From positions 1 through 64,000 of the forward strand of contig JBNJNM010000011.1 of the NCBI GenBank assembly GCA_052426225.1: a DNA stretch of 64,000 nucleotides, read 5' to 3'. The translations under genes and the position numbers were made by a program. The DNA is from Zancudomyces culisetae HAW-14-8. Lineage: Eukaryota > Fungi > Kickxellomycota. The notes under the pieces were generated by a model. It saw nothing but the letters and a program-made list of their open reading frames with translations, ran no database searches and was not told the DNA's origin. This document shows positions 1 to 12,100 of the stretch, in pieces (the stretch's first letter is position 1; each line of letters opens with the position of its first letter).

Positions 1-1494
1 TCCTAACCCTAACCCTAACCCTAACCCTAACCCTAACCCTAACCCTAACCCTAACCCTAACCCTAACCCTAACCCTAACCCTAACCCTAACCCTAACCCT
101 AACCCTAACCCTAACCCTAACCCTAACCCTAACCCTAACCCTAACCCTAACCCTAACCCTAACCCTAACCCTAACCCTAACCCTAACCCTAACCCTAACC
201 CTAACCCTAACCCTAACCCTAACCCTAACCCTAACCCTAACCCTAACCCTAACCCTAACCCTAACCCTAACCCTAACCCTAACCCTAACCCTAACCCTAA
301 CCCTAACCCTAACCCTAACCCTAACCCTAACCCTAACCCTAACCCTAACCCTAACCCTAACCCTAACCCTAACCCTAACCCTAACCCTAACCCTAACCCT
401 AACCCTAACCCTAACCCTAACCCTAACCCTAACCCTAACCCTAACCCTAACCCTAACCCTAACCCTAACCCTAACCCTAACCCTAACCCTAACCCTAACC
501 CTAACCCTAACCCTAACCCTAACCCTAACCCTAACCCTAACCCTAACCCTAACCCTAACCCTAACCCTAACCCTAACCCTAACCCTAACCCTAACCCTAA
601 CCCTAACCCTAACCCTAACCCTAACCCTAACCCTAACCCTAACCCTAACCCTAACCCTAACCCTAACCCTAACCCTAACCCTAACCCTAACCCTAACCCT
701 AACCCTAACCCTAACCCTAACCCTAACCCTAACCCTAACCCTAACCCTAACCCTAACCCTAACCCTAACCCTAACCCTAACCCTAACCCTAACCCTAACC
801 CTAACCCTAACCCTAACCCTAACCCTAACCCTAACCCTAACCCTAACCCTAACCCTAACCCTAACCCTAACCCTAACCCTAACCCTAACCCTAACCCTAA
901 CCCTAACCCTAACCCTAACCCTAACCCTAACCCTAACCCTAACCCTAACCCTAACCCTAACCCTAACCCTAACCCTAACCCTAACCCTAACCCTAACCCT
1001 AACCCTAACCCTAACCCTAACCCTAACCCTAACCCTAACCCTAACCCTAACCCTAACCCTAACCCTAACCCTAACCCTAACCCTAACCCTAACCCTAACC
1101 CTAACCCTAACCCTAACCCTAACCCTAACCCTAACCCTAACCCTAACCCTAACCCTAACCCTAACCCTAACCCTAACCCTAACCCTAACCCTAACCCTAA
1201 CCCTAACCCTAACCCTAACCCTAACCCTAACCCTAACCCTAACCCTAACCCTAACCCTAACCCTAACCCTAACCCTAACCCTAACCCTAACCCTAACCCT
1301 AACCCTAACCCTAACCCTAACCCTAACCCTAACCCTAACCCTAACCCTAACCCTAACCCTAACCCTAACCCTAACCCTAACCCTAACCCTAACCCTAACC
1401 CTAACCCTAACCCTAACCCTAACCCTAACCCTAACCCTAACCCTAACCCTAACCCTAACCCTAACCCTAACCCTAACCCTAACCCTAACCCTAA
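1..1494 (+). repeat. Telomeric array (CCCTAA)n, i.e. TTAGGG-type chromosome end
   Basis: Uninterrupted CCCTAA hexamers from the window start. Confidence 0.99.
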
Positions 1495-1687
1495 CCCTAT
1501 CCCTAACCCTATCCCTATCCCTAACCCTAACCCTAACCCTAACCCTAACCCTAACCCTAACCCTATCCCTATCCCTATCCCTATCCCTATCCCTATCCCT
1601 ATCCCTATCCCTATCCCTATCCCTATCCCTATCCCTATCCCTATCCCTATCTCTATCCCTATCTCTATCTCTATCGCTAACCCTATC
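1495..1687 (+). repeat. Variant telomeric repeats (CCCTAT, CTCTAT, CGCTAA)
   Basis: CCCTAA mixed with CCCTAT, then a pure CCCTAT run from 1561 and more degenerate units next to unique sequence. Confidence 0.95.
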
Positions 1688-1935
1688 CCGAAATCAATCG
1701 AATCTGCATGAAAACTGCTAACATAATCGCTTCTTTGATTGCAAAGTTATCAACCTGAATGTGAAACTTTTCTAAAAATAGCTGAACTTGATAATAATAA
1801 GTTAAGTCCTAACACGCTTAAATTTATTGCAGTTAAAAACAGTAACGCTCCTGGAACTCAAAAGCTAGCTAATATCATTGAAGCTCACTGTTTTACTATA
1901 ATTTAAAATGCCACCAATGAAAAAATCCAACTGAT

Positions 1936-2267
1936 TGTCATAAACTAATATTAAACAGTTTTAATTTAAATCAACAAATAATATCAAACATGATTTGGAT
2001 GAATCAGAAATATGATTTAAACATGTTTAATATCATAACTAGCACAAAACTCACTTTACTTTAAATTGTATATTAATTTAACTACTTTCTATTTATGCAA
2101 TATTTTAGTTTTTAATATTAAATTTAATATAATACAAACAATTAGTTTAAATAGCATTTTTTATTCCTTCAGAAATTCATATCTGACATCAAGTGTCAAC
2201 AATAAATATATATTATAGTAGTACTTAATAATCACCAAATTTCACCAATATAAATAAGTACATGACA
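1936..2267 (+). repeat. 5' LTR of element A
   Basis: TGTCAT...ATGACA termini; diverged copy at 13780-14113. Confidence 0.93.
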
Positions 2268-2300
2268 GTTTGTCAGATCAAATAATTAACTACTACTATC

Positions 2301-3604
2301 ATGTCAGAGAATAATTACAAAGACCTTAATGCACTAGTAACAATGATTGAAGTCATTTTAATGAATTACATAGGATGGCAACTGTCACGACTTGACACTA
2401 AGTAATATTTGTATTAACTATGGCTATGATTTATTTAATAAAATAATATGAGATATACAGTATTTTATTGCAAAAGTTACCTAAAGCAATAAATCCTTGT
2501 CCTCATATAGTTTTACAATATACAAAATTAATTGTAAAACATAATAAAAACTATACTATAATTATAACTTAAAACTAATATAAATTAACTGTCAACTCCA
2601 CAGTTAACATTTAATAATATGGGGTAAAACCAATTTATTATTAATTATTAATTCTTACTCCATATTTAATAATTTATTGTGTAAGTATTAAAGCGGAAAA
2701 ATTGTTAATAAATTTTACATTTGCTATTTTTAATATGTTATTAAAAATAGCAATAATGTCATGAATAGATCATGACAGCTACCCAACTAGACGATCTTCA
2801 GCTCCGTTAAATATGTTGAGAAATAATCAAGCAAACGAGTTACCAGTGGCTAGAGAACCAAGATTAGCAGATCCTGAATACTTTAGTGGCGATAGAGATC
2901 AACTAAGAAACTTTGTAGCACAAGTCCAACTAGTCATACAAGCTCAACCCTCAAGATTTTCAACAGATACTCAGAAAGTCATTTTTGCTTCTACTTTCCT
3001 TCGTGGACCTGCTTTCTCGTGGCTACAACCGTTTCTAAGATCTATTGATTATGAACCAATCCTGGAAAATTTTGACATTTTCATAAATGAACTTCATCGT
3101 GTTTTCGGAAATCCACACCAATCATCGACAGCTGAACGTCATCTCAGAAAACTTCGCCAGTTGGGATCCGCAGCCACCTATGCTACTGAATTTTGTCGTA
3201 TTTCGACACTTATGTACTGGAATGACGCAGCACTCTGTAGCCAATTTTATGAAAAACTTAAAGAAGAGTTTAAGGATTTATTAGCCCGTTTTGATAGACC
3301 AGACATATGTTCAGAAACTATTGACCTCGCTATAATAATTGACAACAGACTATTTGAAAGAAATCTTGAAAAAACGTTTCGTCCTCGCCCAATGCATATT
3401 CAAAATTTGGATAACTCTACACCATCAAAAAACAATTTAATAGTAATAACACAGCCTCGGGTGCAACAAATGGAAATTGTCGGAGCTTCATCTCGTCGCC
3501 CACCACTCACTCAGACTGAAAAACAACGCCGCCGCGACCTTAATCTTTGTCTATACCGTGGTAATCCTGATCATGTCATTTCATATTGTCCTCGTCGCCC
3601 GTAA
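2301..3604 (+). pseudogene. gag of element A (interrupted by solo LTR; degenerate zinc knuckle)
   Basis: ORF 2813-3604 is a retrotransposon gag (PEYFSG, LRQLGS, CLYRG...HVISYC). An upstream ATG at 2301 and the frame MATQLDDLQ rejoin once the 2383-2777 insert is removed. Confidence 0.85.
2383..2777. mobile_element. Probable solo LTR of a third family inserted in gag of A
   Basis: TGTCACGA...TCATGACA terminal inverted repeat, near-TSD GCAAC/GCTAC, AT-rich non-coding insert splitting a coding frame. Confidence 0.75.
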
Positions 3605-3996
3605 ATAAAGGTAATAAATACTATATCTGCAAGCATTTTAAGGAAAACAATTAAGCTCAAGACAATTTTCGGACTTATTCTTGAGCGTTCTAATTATCCT
3701 AAACTGTCCACTTCAATCAAAAATCTTTACCCTTTAATTATTGCCGCTAATGAAACATCCGGAAGTTTGTATCAACCTTAAGTAAATCTACCTTTACAAT
3801 TTAACTATAAAATTTACATTACTGAAATAACCAAACTAACACCAGAAATTAATGTAAAAGATACATTTACTAATCCAACTATAACTCCGAAAATAAACAT
3901 ATAACCAAATCTGAAATCAAACCTGAACTTAAACCTGAAATCAAATCTGAACTTATAATTAAAACTAAACCTGTACTTTACTCATAACCTGAAATT

Positions 3997-6900
3997 ATGC
4001 CTGAACTCAAGCCTGAATCTATACCTGACTGCAACTTAAAAATTAATTCCACAATCAATAAGAATCTTGATCTGGAACATTTTAATATGTCGACAAATAA
4101 AGTTAACGCGCACCATTTAGTATCAGTAACCCTTCGGGTAAACAATAACCCGATAAAAACCGTTGCCATGATTGACTCGGGTGCAACTAATTGCTTCATT
4201 GATTCTACTTTTGCCAATACTAATAACATTCCATAGTATTAAAAAAATTACCAATTCCGCTACTAGTAATTACGAAAGATTAATTTCGTCAGGCTCCATA
4301 ACACACAATAGCATACCTCTTCAACTTAACACCTATAATTATTACGTAATTATATCTTTTGATGTAACCAAATTGGGAAAATACCCTGTAATTATTGAAT
4401 AAACTGGCTGAGAACTCATAATATACATTTAGAGGGGAATTTATATAAGTTTTATTTCATATCAGAATATTGCTAAAATAATTGTAGTAAACAACAAAAT
4501 CAATGTTCTACACACACAATAACTTGCACATTAATTCCAGAATAATCAGAAATAACTCCTATACCATCGGAATATTCAGAATTTAAAGATGTATTCGACG
4601 AAAAAGCAGCTAATAATTTACCACCTCATCGTACATATGATCATAAAATTCCGTTAACACCAGGCTCACAACCACCATTTGGACCATTTAATCACTATCT
4701 GAAACAGAACTCGCAGCACTTCGTGAATATTTGAAAGAAAATTTAGATAACGGTTTTATATATCCTTCATCATCTCCTGCTGGCTCTCCTATACTTTTTG
4801 TAAAAAAGAAAGTTGGATCTTTAAGATAATGCGTTGATTATGAGGATTAAATAACTTGACAATTAAAAGCAGGTATCTCTTACCTTTAATTGGAGTGTTA
4901 CTCGACAGATTCAGACAAACGAAAATATTTTCTAAAATAGATTTAAATGGCGCATATAATTTAATAATAATCGCTAAGGGAGAAGAATGGAATACTGTAT
5001 TTTGTACGAGATACGGTCACTATGATTATAGAGTTATGCCATTCGGACTCTGCAATGCTCCAGCATCGTTTCAATATTTCATGAATGATGTATTATCTGA
5101 CTGCTTAGATAGTTTTGTAGTAGTATATTTAGATGATTACTGGTTTATAGTACAATATTAGAGACCATATTAATCATGTAATGCATTATTATGAAGACTC
5201 CGGAATAATTCACTATATGTTAAACTGGAAAAATGTCGATTTCACAAAACAGAAGTCGAATTCTTGGGATATAATGTTTCCGATAATGGGGTAAGTATGG
5301 ATATAACAAAGACAATAGCAGTAAGTACATGATCTGCACCAACCACAATAAATGAAATTCAAACGTTCATTGGTTTTGCAAATTTCTATAGAAAATATAT
5401 AATAAATTTTTTAAAGATTGTGACACCTATAACAAAATTGTTACGAAAAAATGAAAAATGGAACTGGAGCACTGAAGCACAAAACTCTTTCGATCAATTG
5501 ATAAAAGCATTTACAACTGCACTTATTTTAAAATATTTTGATCCGAATAAATCAATTACTATCGAAACTGATGCATCAGACTTCGCAATTGGTGGAGTTA
5601 TATCACAACGCGACGATAATAACAATTTACACCCGTTAGCATATTATTCCAGAAAGTTACAACCTGCTGAAATCAACTACGAAATTTACGATAACGAAAC
5701 GTTAGCCATAATTGAGGCTTTTAAAGAAAGGAGATCATAACTCGAAGGAGCATTACATCAAATTACGGTTTTAACTGACCATAAAAATCTAGAATATTTG
5801 ACTACCACTAATACTAAGAAAAGGCTTCAAGCACGATGGGCAGAATTATTAGGAAATTATAATTACATTATTAAATACGCAACTGGTTCATCTAACGTGA
5901 AACCCGATGCTTTGTCCCGACGCCCGGATCATTTTCCTATGGAGGGGGATGACGCTCTACGTACTAATAAAACTTTGCTATAGCCAAAACAATTGATAAT
6001 TGCAGCAGTAGAACCAATGGTTGCTAATAAATTTGATAAAACTATATTAAATAGTATTACGAAAAAAAAATTAAAGTTAATTCCATTATTTCTAAATTGC
6101 AACAAATTAACAATTTATCTAACTCTGAATATCCAAACTTAAAGGATTATAAATACGACAATGAAATACTTACTTTTAAAGATAAAACTTACATTCGAGA
6201 TAACATTGAAATCAAACTACTACTACTCAACCAATTTCACGATTCGCCTATTGCTGGACACTTCGGACATTCTAAAACCTTTGATCTGATTTCAAGATAC
6301 TAATATTGGCCAAAAATGAGAAAAATGATTAAAAATTATATTAACTCATGCGATCAATGTTGCAGATGTAAACCGATAAGACTCAAACCATATGGTCAAC
6401 TACAACCTTTACAGATTCCAGAAAAACCGTGGGAATCAATTTCTATGGATTTTATTATTGGGTTACCATTGTCACAAACTTACGATTCAGTATTGGTTAT
6501 TGTAGATAGATTAACAAAAATGGCGCATTTTATTCCAACAAATAACATATCAACGCACAACAAACAGCAAAACTATTTATCAATAGCATATTTAAACTTC
6601 ACGGACTGCCAAAAGATATCGTCTCTGATAGAGGTTCTATCTTCACTTCAAAATTTTGGAATACTATTACCAAAGTATTAAATATAAAATTAAATATGTC
6701 AACAGCATACCATCCACAAACGGATGGTCAAACGGAACGAGTAAACCAAGTTTTAGAACAGTATATCAGTTTTATTGTAACTACAACCAAACATACGGGC
6801 ATGATTTATTAGCACTTGCAGAATTTGCATATAATAACTCAGAACACTCAACTACAAAATTTTCACCATTCTACGCTAATACCGATTATCATCCTTCAAT

Positions 6901-7153
6901 ATTTCGATCAAATATTTTGACTTCACCCAGTAACTCGTCCATAATCACATATTTATCTCAGTAAATGTCACAAATTTACAAGGAACTTATAAAAAATATT
7001 AAAAATGTAAATGAAAGATATGCTAAAGCATATGATAAAAACAGACAAGCAGAACCCGAGTTTAATATAGGATCAAAAGTGTGGTTAAATAGAAAATAAT
7101 TAAAACTAACAGCCCAAATAACAAACTAGATTATACTAAATTAGGTCCATTGA
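3997..7153 (+). pseudogene. pol of element A, 5' part (PR-RT-RH-IN), fragmented
   Basis: AMIDSGAT, MPFGLCNAP, VYLDD, ETDASD, HDSPIAGH, SMDFI fragments separated by stops and frameshifts. Confidence 0.92.
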
Positions 7154-8006
7154 TGTTAGGAATGGCAATATATTCCAAAAAATGGATCTTTGTTGGAATC
7201 GATCCTAAAATGTTAGGAATGGCAAATTCCCGGAACATAAATTTTAGTTTACATTTTTATTCTATAAAAAATTAAACTATTTTATTATTTCACTTACGAC
7301 ATTCAAATAAGCCATTCCGACATTGGAATCATGTATGCAAAATTCACCATGAAATCACAGTATTTATTATTGGGAAAATTGACAAAGAAAATTAAAGAAA
7401 ATTTTCAATAATTAAATTTATAAAATTCATGTTAAAATCGATATACAAAATCATAGGCAAAATCGATATACAATATCGTAGGCAAAATCGATATACAAAA
7501 TCATAGGCAAAATCGATATACAATATCGTAGGCAAAATAGATAACCAAAAACCATGATAAAATTGGATAACCAAAAACCATGATAAAATTCGATAAACAT
7601 AATACATGTTAAAATTGGATAACCAAAAACCATGATAAAATTCGATAAACAAAATACATGTTAAAATCGATAAACAAAATACATGTTAAAATCGATAAAG
7701 TAATCTCATGAATAAATCAAACAAGAAGTTTGATAAACTCAATTTTGATAGTTACTTTAAATTAGTTCATTTTTACATAGTAAAATTTTAAAACTAAAAA
7801 ATTATTATCACTAAGTTTTTTCATAGCAAATTTCTCTGATGAAAAAAATATATAAACCCTTCGAAATTCCGTTGGGATACATGAGAGAAAAATATATCAT
7901 TAACTCATCTAATAATATATTTTTCTAAATAACTACTTCTTCCTAATAAATAATAATACTGAATATTAATCACAGCATAGTTATAAGCAGCTCATTGTTT
8001 ATAACA
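7154..8006 (+). repeat. 5' LTR of element B (internal AAAATCGATA-type tandem repeats ~7430-7700)
   Basis: TGTTA...TAACA; same sequence at offset +5397. Confidence 0.97.
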
Positions 8007-8008
8007 TA

Positions 8009-8021
8009 ATATTTTTCTCTC
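8009..8021 (+). promoter_or_regulatory. Self-priming primer-binding site of B (complementary to LTR 7883-7895)
   Basis: ATATTTTTCTCTC is the exact reverse complement of GAGAGAAAAATAT, which lies ~30 nt after TATAAA (7851-7856); no TGG tRNA PBS. Confidence 0.85.
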
Positions 8022-8175
8022 TGCCGTCTCCAAAGATCCAGGCCAGACTTCACCAGTAAAATCAAGCTTTCACATAGCTGTCTTTCTGTATTCCGCTGTA
8101 TAATCCAGTATCCGTCAAAGAGTCCTGTTTCAGCGTACACCGCCTCCCTTAAGTATTGCTACCATCTAGTACACC

Positions 8176-9168
8176 ATGTCTGATCAAGAGCAAGTGCCAA
8201 ACCCGAATGAGGTTATTCAAACCTTAATGGGTCAGATATCAAGACTGTCCGATGAAGTAGACACGCTTCGCCAGTCGGCAAGCTTCCAAAGGGCCTTCAT
8301 TCCAGAGCCAAAGGTACCGACGCCAGAAAAGTTTGGTGGAGGAAGAAAGGACAATATAAAAAACTTTCTCTCCACAGTTAAAACAGTATTCAAGTTACAG
8401 CCAAGCCGTTTCCCAACTGATCACGTTAAGGTCCTGTACATCGGGACGCTCCTCACCGACGGGGCACAAACATGGTTTAGAACGTTGCAGGAAGCACGTC
8501 ATACCATTCTCTTTCAGTATAGAGACTTTATCAATTTGTTAGAAAGAACTTATGGCGAACCCAATTCTGTATGGGTTGCGCAAAATAAATTAAAAAACCT
8601 GCAGCAGGGTCGTTCGCGCTGTCTCGCTTACACTACACATTTCAAAAGTGTAGCGCTTGAGACAGAGTATAACGAACCCGCGCTCGTCAAGGCCTTCTAC
8701 GAAGGACTAAATGACGAAATCAAAGACGCTCTCTCAACTCTGGATCACGTACCCACTACGTTTGAAGAGTTCACTTCTCTCTGTATCAGAATTGATAACA
8801 GAATCTTTCAGAGAAGAGCAGAAAGGAACAAGGTTAAACCCTGGATTCCTCCCATGCATTATACATCTTTGGAGATTACCAGAATGGATGTAGATGTAAT
8901 GGGCACCCGTAGACTAACCGAACCAGAAAGAGATCACAGAAAACATAATAATCTCTGTTTTTATTGTGGTGGTTCAAACCACACTGTCCAGAATTGCCAC
9001 AGGAAGAAAAAACACCAAGAATCTTTTATGAATCCGAACTCCGTAAATCTGAAGAAGACCCGTTCCCCAAGCAGAGACTCAGGGAAATCCATTATTTCCA
9101 AGATCAAGAATCAAACTATTATTCAAGCAAAAAACCAGAGAACTCCTCAGAAATCAGAGGGTATCTGA
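8176..9168 (+). CDS. Gag of element B with CCHC zinc knuckle
   Basis: 330-aa intact ORF; PEKFGG, LQQG, CFYCGGSNHTVQNC. Confidence 0.96.
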   Translation: MSDQEQVPNPNEVIQTLMGQISRLSDEVDTLRQSASFQRAFIPEPKVPTPEKFGGGRKDNIKNFLSTVKTVFKLQPSRFPTDHVKVLYIGTLLTDGAQTWFRTLQEARHTILFQYRDFINLLERTYGEPNSVWVAQNKLKNLQQGRSRCLAYTTHFKSVALETEYNEPALVKAFYEGLNDEIKDALSTLDHVPTTFEEFTSLCIRIDNRIFQRRAERNKVKPWIPPMHYTSLEITRMDVDVMGTRRLTEPERDHRKHNNLCFYCGGSNHTVQNCHRKKKHQESFMNPNSVNLKKTRSPSRDSGKSIISKIKNQTIIQAKNQRTPQKSEGI

Positions 9169-12100
9169 AGGATTTTCATGAACCCTCACCGTCCATGGAG
9201 TTTTATACTCATTATTTAAATAATACCAAGTTTTCTAATAATTTTTTAATTAATATCAAGATCAAGTATAAAAATAAAAAGATACATACCAAGGCTCTGG
9301 TAGATACCGGAGCATCAGGAAATTTTATAAGCAAAAGACTTATAAATAATCATAGAATCATGATCCAAACATTGGATAAACCCATAGAAATAATTCTAGC
9401 AAACAATAAACCTGCTAGCCATGGATTCATAACTCAGGCCACAGTTCCTCTAGAAATCATGATCAATAAACACATTAGCACGACTACATTCAATGTCGTA
9501 CCGTCTCTCAGTTATCCCGTTATACTAGGATTGCCATGGTTAAAACAACAACAACCAATCATTGATTGGGTAAAACTGAAGTTGAACTTCAACCTGCCCG
9601 AATCTACTACAGATAATTTAACTCTTAGCCAAATTACCTTGTCTGAGAAATCATTTGATCCATACGATGATTCAGAAGATGAGGACTCATTTGAAAACCA
9701 CTCCAAAAAACTACCCATGAAATATCAAGATTACTCAGATGTATTCTCAAAAAAGAAAGCAGACACATTGCCAGAACTTAGACCCTATGATTGTGAAATC
9801 CCGCTCAAAGACCCAGAAGCCAAGATTCCGTTCAAGCCGTTATACAACCTGTCAGGTCCAGAACTCAAGACTCTAGATGAGTATATCAAAGAAAATCTCA
9901 AGAAAGGATTTATCAGGAGAAGTCATTCCACAGCAGGTGCTCCGATATTTTTCATAAAGAAAAAGGACGGAGGTTTAAGACCTTGTATCGATTACAGGGA
10001 CTTAAACGAGCTAACTGTGAAAGATCGGTATCCACTACCACTGATTTCTGAACTATTAGATCATCTCAATGATGCTAGAATATTTACCAAAATAGATCTG
10101 AGAGGTGCATATAATTTAGTTCGTATGAAGCCAGGTGAAGAGTGGAAAACCGCCTTTCGTTCCCGATATGGACACTTTGAATACCTAGTAATGCCATTCG
10201 GATTAACCAATGCTCCAGCTGTGTTTCAAGCAATGGTGAATGACATTTTCAGAGACATGTTAGACATTTCTGTAATAGTATATCTTGATGATATACTAAT
10301 ATTCTCAGAAAATCAGGAATCACACAACATTCATGTAAAAGAAGTCTTAGAAAGACTAAGAACTCACGGTCTCTACGCAAAATTAGAGAAATGTCAGTTT
10401 GACCAAACAAGTGTAGAATTCTTGGGCTACATAATTTCAGATACAGGTATCTCTATGAGCCCAGAAAAAGTTCAAACTATTCTTAGCTGGCAAACACCAA
10501 CCCATGTTAAGGGTGTAATGAGTTTCTTAGGATTTGCTAACTTTTACAGAAAATTTATCAAGGACTATTCAAAGATAGTCAGACCACTCACAAACCTCAC
10601 CAAGAAGGATATTCCATTTGATTGGACTCCGGAATGCCAGGATGCATTCGAATTCCTCAAGAAAACCGTTACTTCAGCACCAATTCTCGCACACCCAGAT
10701 CCCAGTTTACCCTTTCACCTTGAAACTGATGCTTCAGATTATGCCATAGGTGCCGTGTTAAATCAACCAGTGTCCAAGACAGATTCCACTCTCCATCCAG
10801 TTGCTTTCTATTCTCGCAAACTACTAGACGCCGAAATTAATTATGACATTCATGACAAAGAATTATTGGCTATAGTAAACGCGCTTAAACACTGGAGACA
10901 CTACCTATGTGGAGCAATCCATCCAATCAATGTATTCTCTGACCACAGAAACTTAACATTCTTTAGAACAAAGAGAATATTGAAGCAAAGACACGCCAGA
11001 TGGGCAAATACCTTGTCAGAATTTGACTTCAAGTTGTGTTACAAACCAGGTGCACTTAATCCAGTTGCAGATGCATTGAGTCGAAGGACCGACTTATTAC
11101 CTGAAACGGGGGGTGAATACACCAACCCACAAAAGTATGAAGCCACAATCCTCCCAGCTTCCAAATGGATTAATGCTGCTAAAACTCAAACCCCTCAGGT
11201 TAAACTAATTACATCTGATAAAGAAAAACTTGAAATAATTCAGTCACGCCACGATGCCCTAACCGCCGGACATTTAGGTCAACAGAAAACTTTTGCTTTA
11301 ATCGCCAAGGATTACTATTGGAAAGGAATGAGACAATACATTAATAATTATATCAAAGGATGTGATATTTGTCAAAGAAATAAAATCCACAGACATAAGC
11401 CATATGGATTGTTAAACCCACTTGAAATCCCACAAAAGCCGTGGTCCAAAATCTCTATGGACTTCATAGTAAAACTACCATCCTCAAATGGCTACGATTC
11501 TATTCTTGTCATAGTGTGTCGCTTTACAAAGCAAGCACATTTTATACCTTGTAATGAAACCATTGATGCAGCAGGAACTGCAAAGTTATTCATAAATAAT
11601 ATATTCAAGTTACATGGCCTGCCAATTGATATAACATCAGATAGAGGATCTCAGTTTAGATCAAAATTTTGGAAAGAAATCATGAATTTATTAAAAGTAA
11701 AAGTTAATCTATCTTCGGCTTATCACCCACAGTCAAATGGACAAACAGAAAGAGTCAACCAAACTCTTGAACAATACCTCAGAAATTACTCGAACTACAA
11801 TCAAGATAACTGGAGTACCTTACTACCATTCGCAGAGTTCGCTTACAACAACGCAGTAAGCTCAAGTACCAAGATGTCACCGTTTTATGCAAACTATGGA
11901 TACAACCCCAAGGCTGATTTTCTAAATACTAAAGAAAATATATCAAGTAATCCTGCAGTAACCTCGTATCTCAAAGTCATTCAAGAATCATGTGAAGAAA
12001 TTAAGTCAACACTTAATCAATCTCAAGACAACTCAGTAAAACAATCAAATCGTAAAAGGATAAATATCAAGTATAAAGTAAACGATCTAGTATGGTTAGA

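Noticed and set aside
2813-7153. RIP as the cause of element A decay
   Set aside because: LTR differences are not dominated by C>T/G>A, and the repeated B LTRs are unmutated.
7430-7700. Repeat array superficially like CRISPR
   Set aside because: No unique spacers; it is a U3 tandem repeat in a eukaryotic LTR.
7830-7895. CTGATGA...CGAAA hammerhead-like core in the B LTR
   Set aside because: No stem II, and stem I does not pair next to the cleavage site; the region is explained as TATA box and start site.
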